Shown in pieces: positions 62,712 to 64,000 of a stretch of DNA of 64,000 bases. Numbering within the stretch: position 1 is the stretch's first letter; each line of letters begins with the position of its first letter. The stretch comes from an uncultured Candidatus Rokubacteria bacterium. Its GTDB lineage: Bacteria; Methylomirabilota; Methylomirabilia; Rokubacteriales; CSP1-6. The DNA lies in NCBI GenBank assembly GCA_963789955.1, contig CAWBMV010000037.1, positions 468,984-532,983 of the forward strand, in the 5' to 3' direction. Under the pieces are notes generated by a model, which saw only the letters and a list, made by a program, of their open reading frames with translations, searched no databases and was not told the DNA's origin. The translations under genes and the position numbers were made by a program.

Positions 62712-63389
62712 CTAGCGGTCCAGTGAAACGCTGCCGCCGAGCGAGACGTGTTTCTCGACATCCTTCGGCGCGCCGGCGATGCGGATGCTCGCGCCCAGGC
62801 CGGCATCGGCCACGACGCGCTCGACAGATTGCACGCTGACGGACGATCCAACGCCTGCATCGACGTTCGCCGATTTGCAGCGCAAGCCGGATGCGTCGAC
62901 GTCGACGCCCGCCGAAGCTTCGACATGGAGGGTCTCGCAGGTCCCGTCGAGTTCGACCTCGACGCCGGCGTTGGCGTCCAGCCTGATCGTCTTGGCATTC
63001 ACGCGCCGGAAGTCCGCCTCGACGCCTGCATTGATGTCCAGGTCGAGATGGTCGACCTGCAGGCCGTCGACGAAGAACTTCACGCCGGCGTTGAGCGTGG
63101 CCTGTTCGAGATCCGGCGCGGAGATGCGTACGACGTCATGCACCTTGCCGCGGATATTGGTGTTCTCAGGCCGCCCGATCTTGATCGTGTCGCCGGTCTG
63201 CTTTGCGGTGATCCGGTTGAAATTGTCCGACTCGATGGTGACCGAGTGCTGGGAGATTGCGTGAAGATCACTTCGTAGCCAGCCGAGATGTCGATCTTGT
63301 CGAAGTTCCTGGAAGTCGTAGCTTTTCGTTTCCGCGAAGGCGGGCGTCGCGGCGACGATTGACAGCGAGAGAAGCACGGCGATGCGCAT
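62712..63389 (-). CDS. DUF2807 (GIN/head) domain protein
   Basis: Signal peptide, repeated AGV units, ADAGLGASIRIAGAP..SLGGSV. Confidence 0.78.
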   Translation of the reverse strand: MRIAVLLSLSIVAATPAFAETKSYDFQELRQDRHLGWLRSDLHAISQHSVTIESDNFNRITAKQTGDTIKIGRPENTNIRGKVHDVVRISAPDLEQATLNAGVKFFVDGLQVDHLDLDINAGVEADFRRVNAKTIRLDANAGVEVELDGTCETLHVEASAGVDVDASGLRCKSANVDAGVGSSVSVQSVERVVADAGLGASIRIAGAPKDVEKHVSLGGSVSLDR

Positions 63390-63491
63390 GGGGTTTTCCT
63401 TCTGTTGCGCCCGGTGTTGCTATAACTAATAGCTTAGTTGTATCGGTCGCGCAAGCACGTTCGTGCGTTCCCTCGCGGTCTGGAGTTCAGT

Positions 63492-64000
63492 TCAGACTTC
63501 GGCCGAGAGATCGACCTGCTGGCGGCGATGACTTTCGCCTGCACGATGTCGCCCTGCTTCAGCGACTGGCCGTTGCCGATGAAGACGCTGCCGTCGATCT
63601 CGGGGGCGTCCGCCTTCGAGCGGCCGACCGCGCCGTCCTCGTCCACCTCGTCGATCAGCACATCGATGGCCGAATCGATCAGCGACTTCGAGCGCTTGTC
63701 GGCGAGTCCGCCGGCAGCGCCATGAAGCGATGCCAGCGTTCTTCCTTCACCTCTTCCGGAACGTGGCCGGGAAGCGGCGCCGTGCGGCGCCGGTGACGTT
63801 CTCGTACTTGAAGCAGCCGGCGCGATCGATGCGGGCCTGGGGCAGCCAGTCGAGCAGGTGCTCGAAGTCCTCGTCCGTTTCGCGCGGGAAGCCGACGATG
63901 AAGGACGAGCGCAGCACCAGGTCCGGGACTTCTGGACGCCAGCTCTGGATGCGCCGCAGCGTCTTTTCGTGGTTGGCGGGCGGTGCATGGCCTTGAGCAC
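63492..64000 (-). CDS. rimO: Ribosomal protein S12 methylthiotransferase, 3' part, frameshifted
   Basis: [52 protein letters not shown] (TRAM domain). Confidence 0.88.

Noticed and set aside
1..64000. Many frameshifted genes read as mass pseudogenisation or programmed frameshifting
   Set aside because: Indels also hit an essential gene (rpsD), both halves stay conserved and no consistent slippery sites were seen; long-read consensus error is the simpler explanation

Overview
GC-rich bacterial DNA with many single-base indels that split otherwise conserved genes, most likely long-read consensus error. Positions 1-~54250 look like one genome rich in ABC importers and aromatic/heterocycle catabolism; the style suggests Rokubacteria-like soil bacteria, which is inference only. 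This part carries a molybdo-hydroxylase large subunit, Ldh_2, SDR, LigB/LigA-type dioxygenase, a MacAB-like exporter with AraC, two HtrA-like proteases with an atypical LuxR regulator, enamidase-like and HpaB-like enzymes, two Liv-type and one Opp/Dpp-type importer, and a MASE1 kinase. A tRNA-Gly 3' fragment at 45031-45076 looks like an att site and is followed by island-like cargo (ZnuBC-like, CarS-like, GH13, PRTase-hydrolase). At ~54250 two different genes are both cut off and the sequence switches to alphaproteobacterial-type DNA (ankyrin protein, TonB receptor, TerC, rpsD, PPK2, three DUF2807 genes, rimO), probably a chimeric join. The best candidate for an undescribed system is a three-gene module at 30790-36232: a class III cyclase-TPR protein with both ATP-specifying residues replaced, a PAP2/haloperoxidase-fold enzyme with an N-terminal (GY)10 tract, and a large signal-less metalloprotease with an HExxH...H signature. 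The second candidate is a coupled operon at 15840-22738: two paralogous FHxHxEG membrane proteins, a secreted His-His-start protein, an ABC importer and a TlpA thioredoxin. All calls come from motif recognition by eye; no database searches were run.
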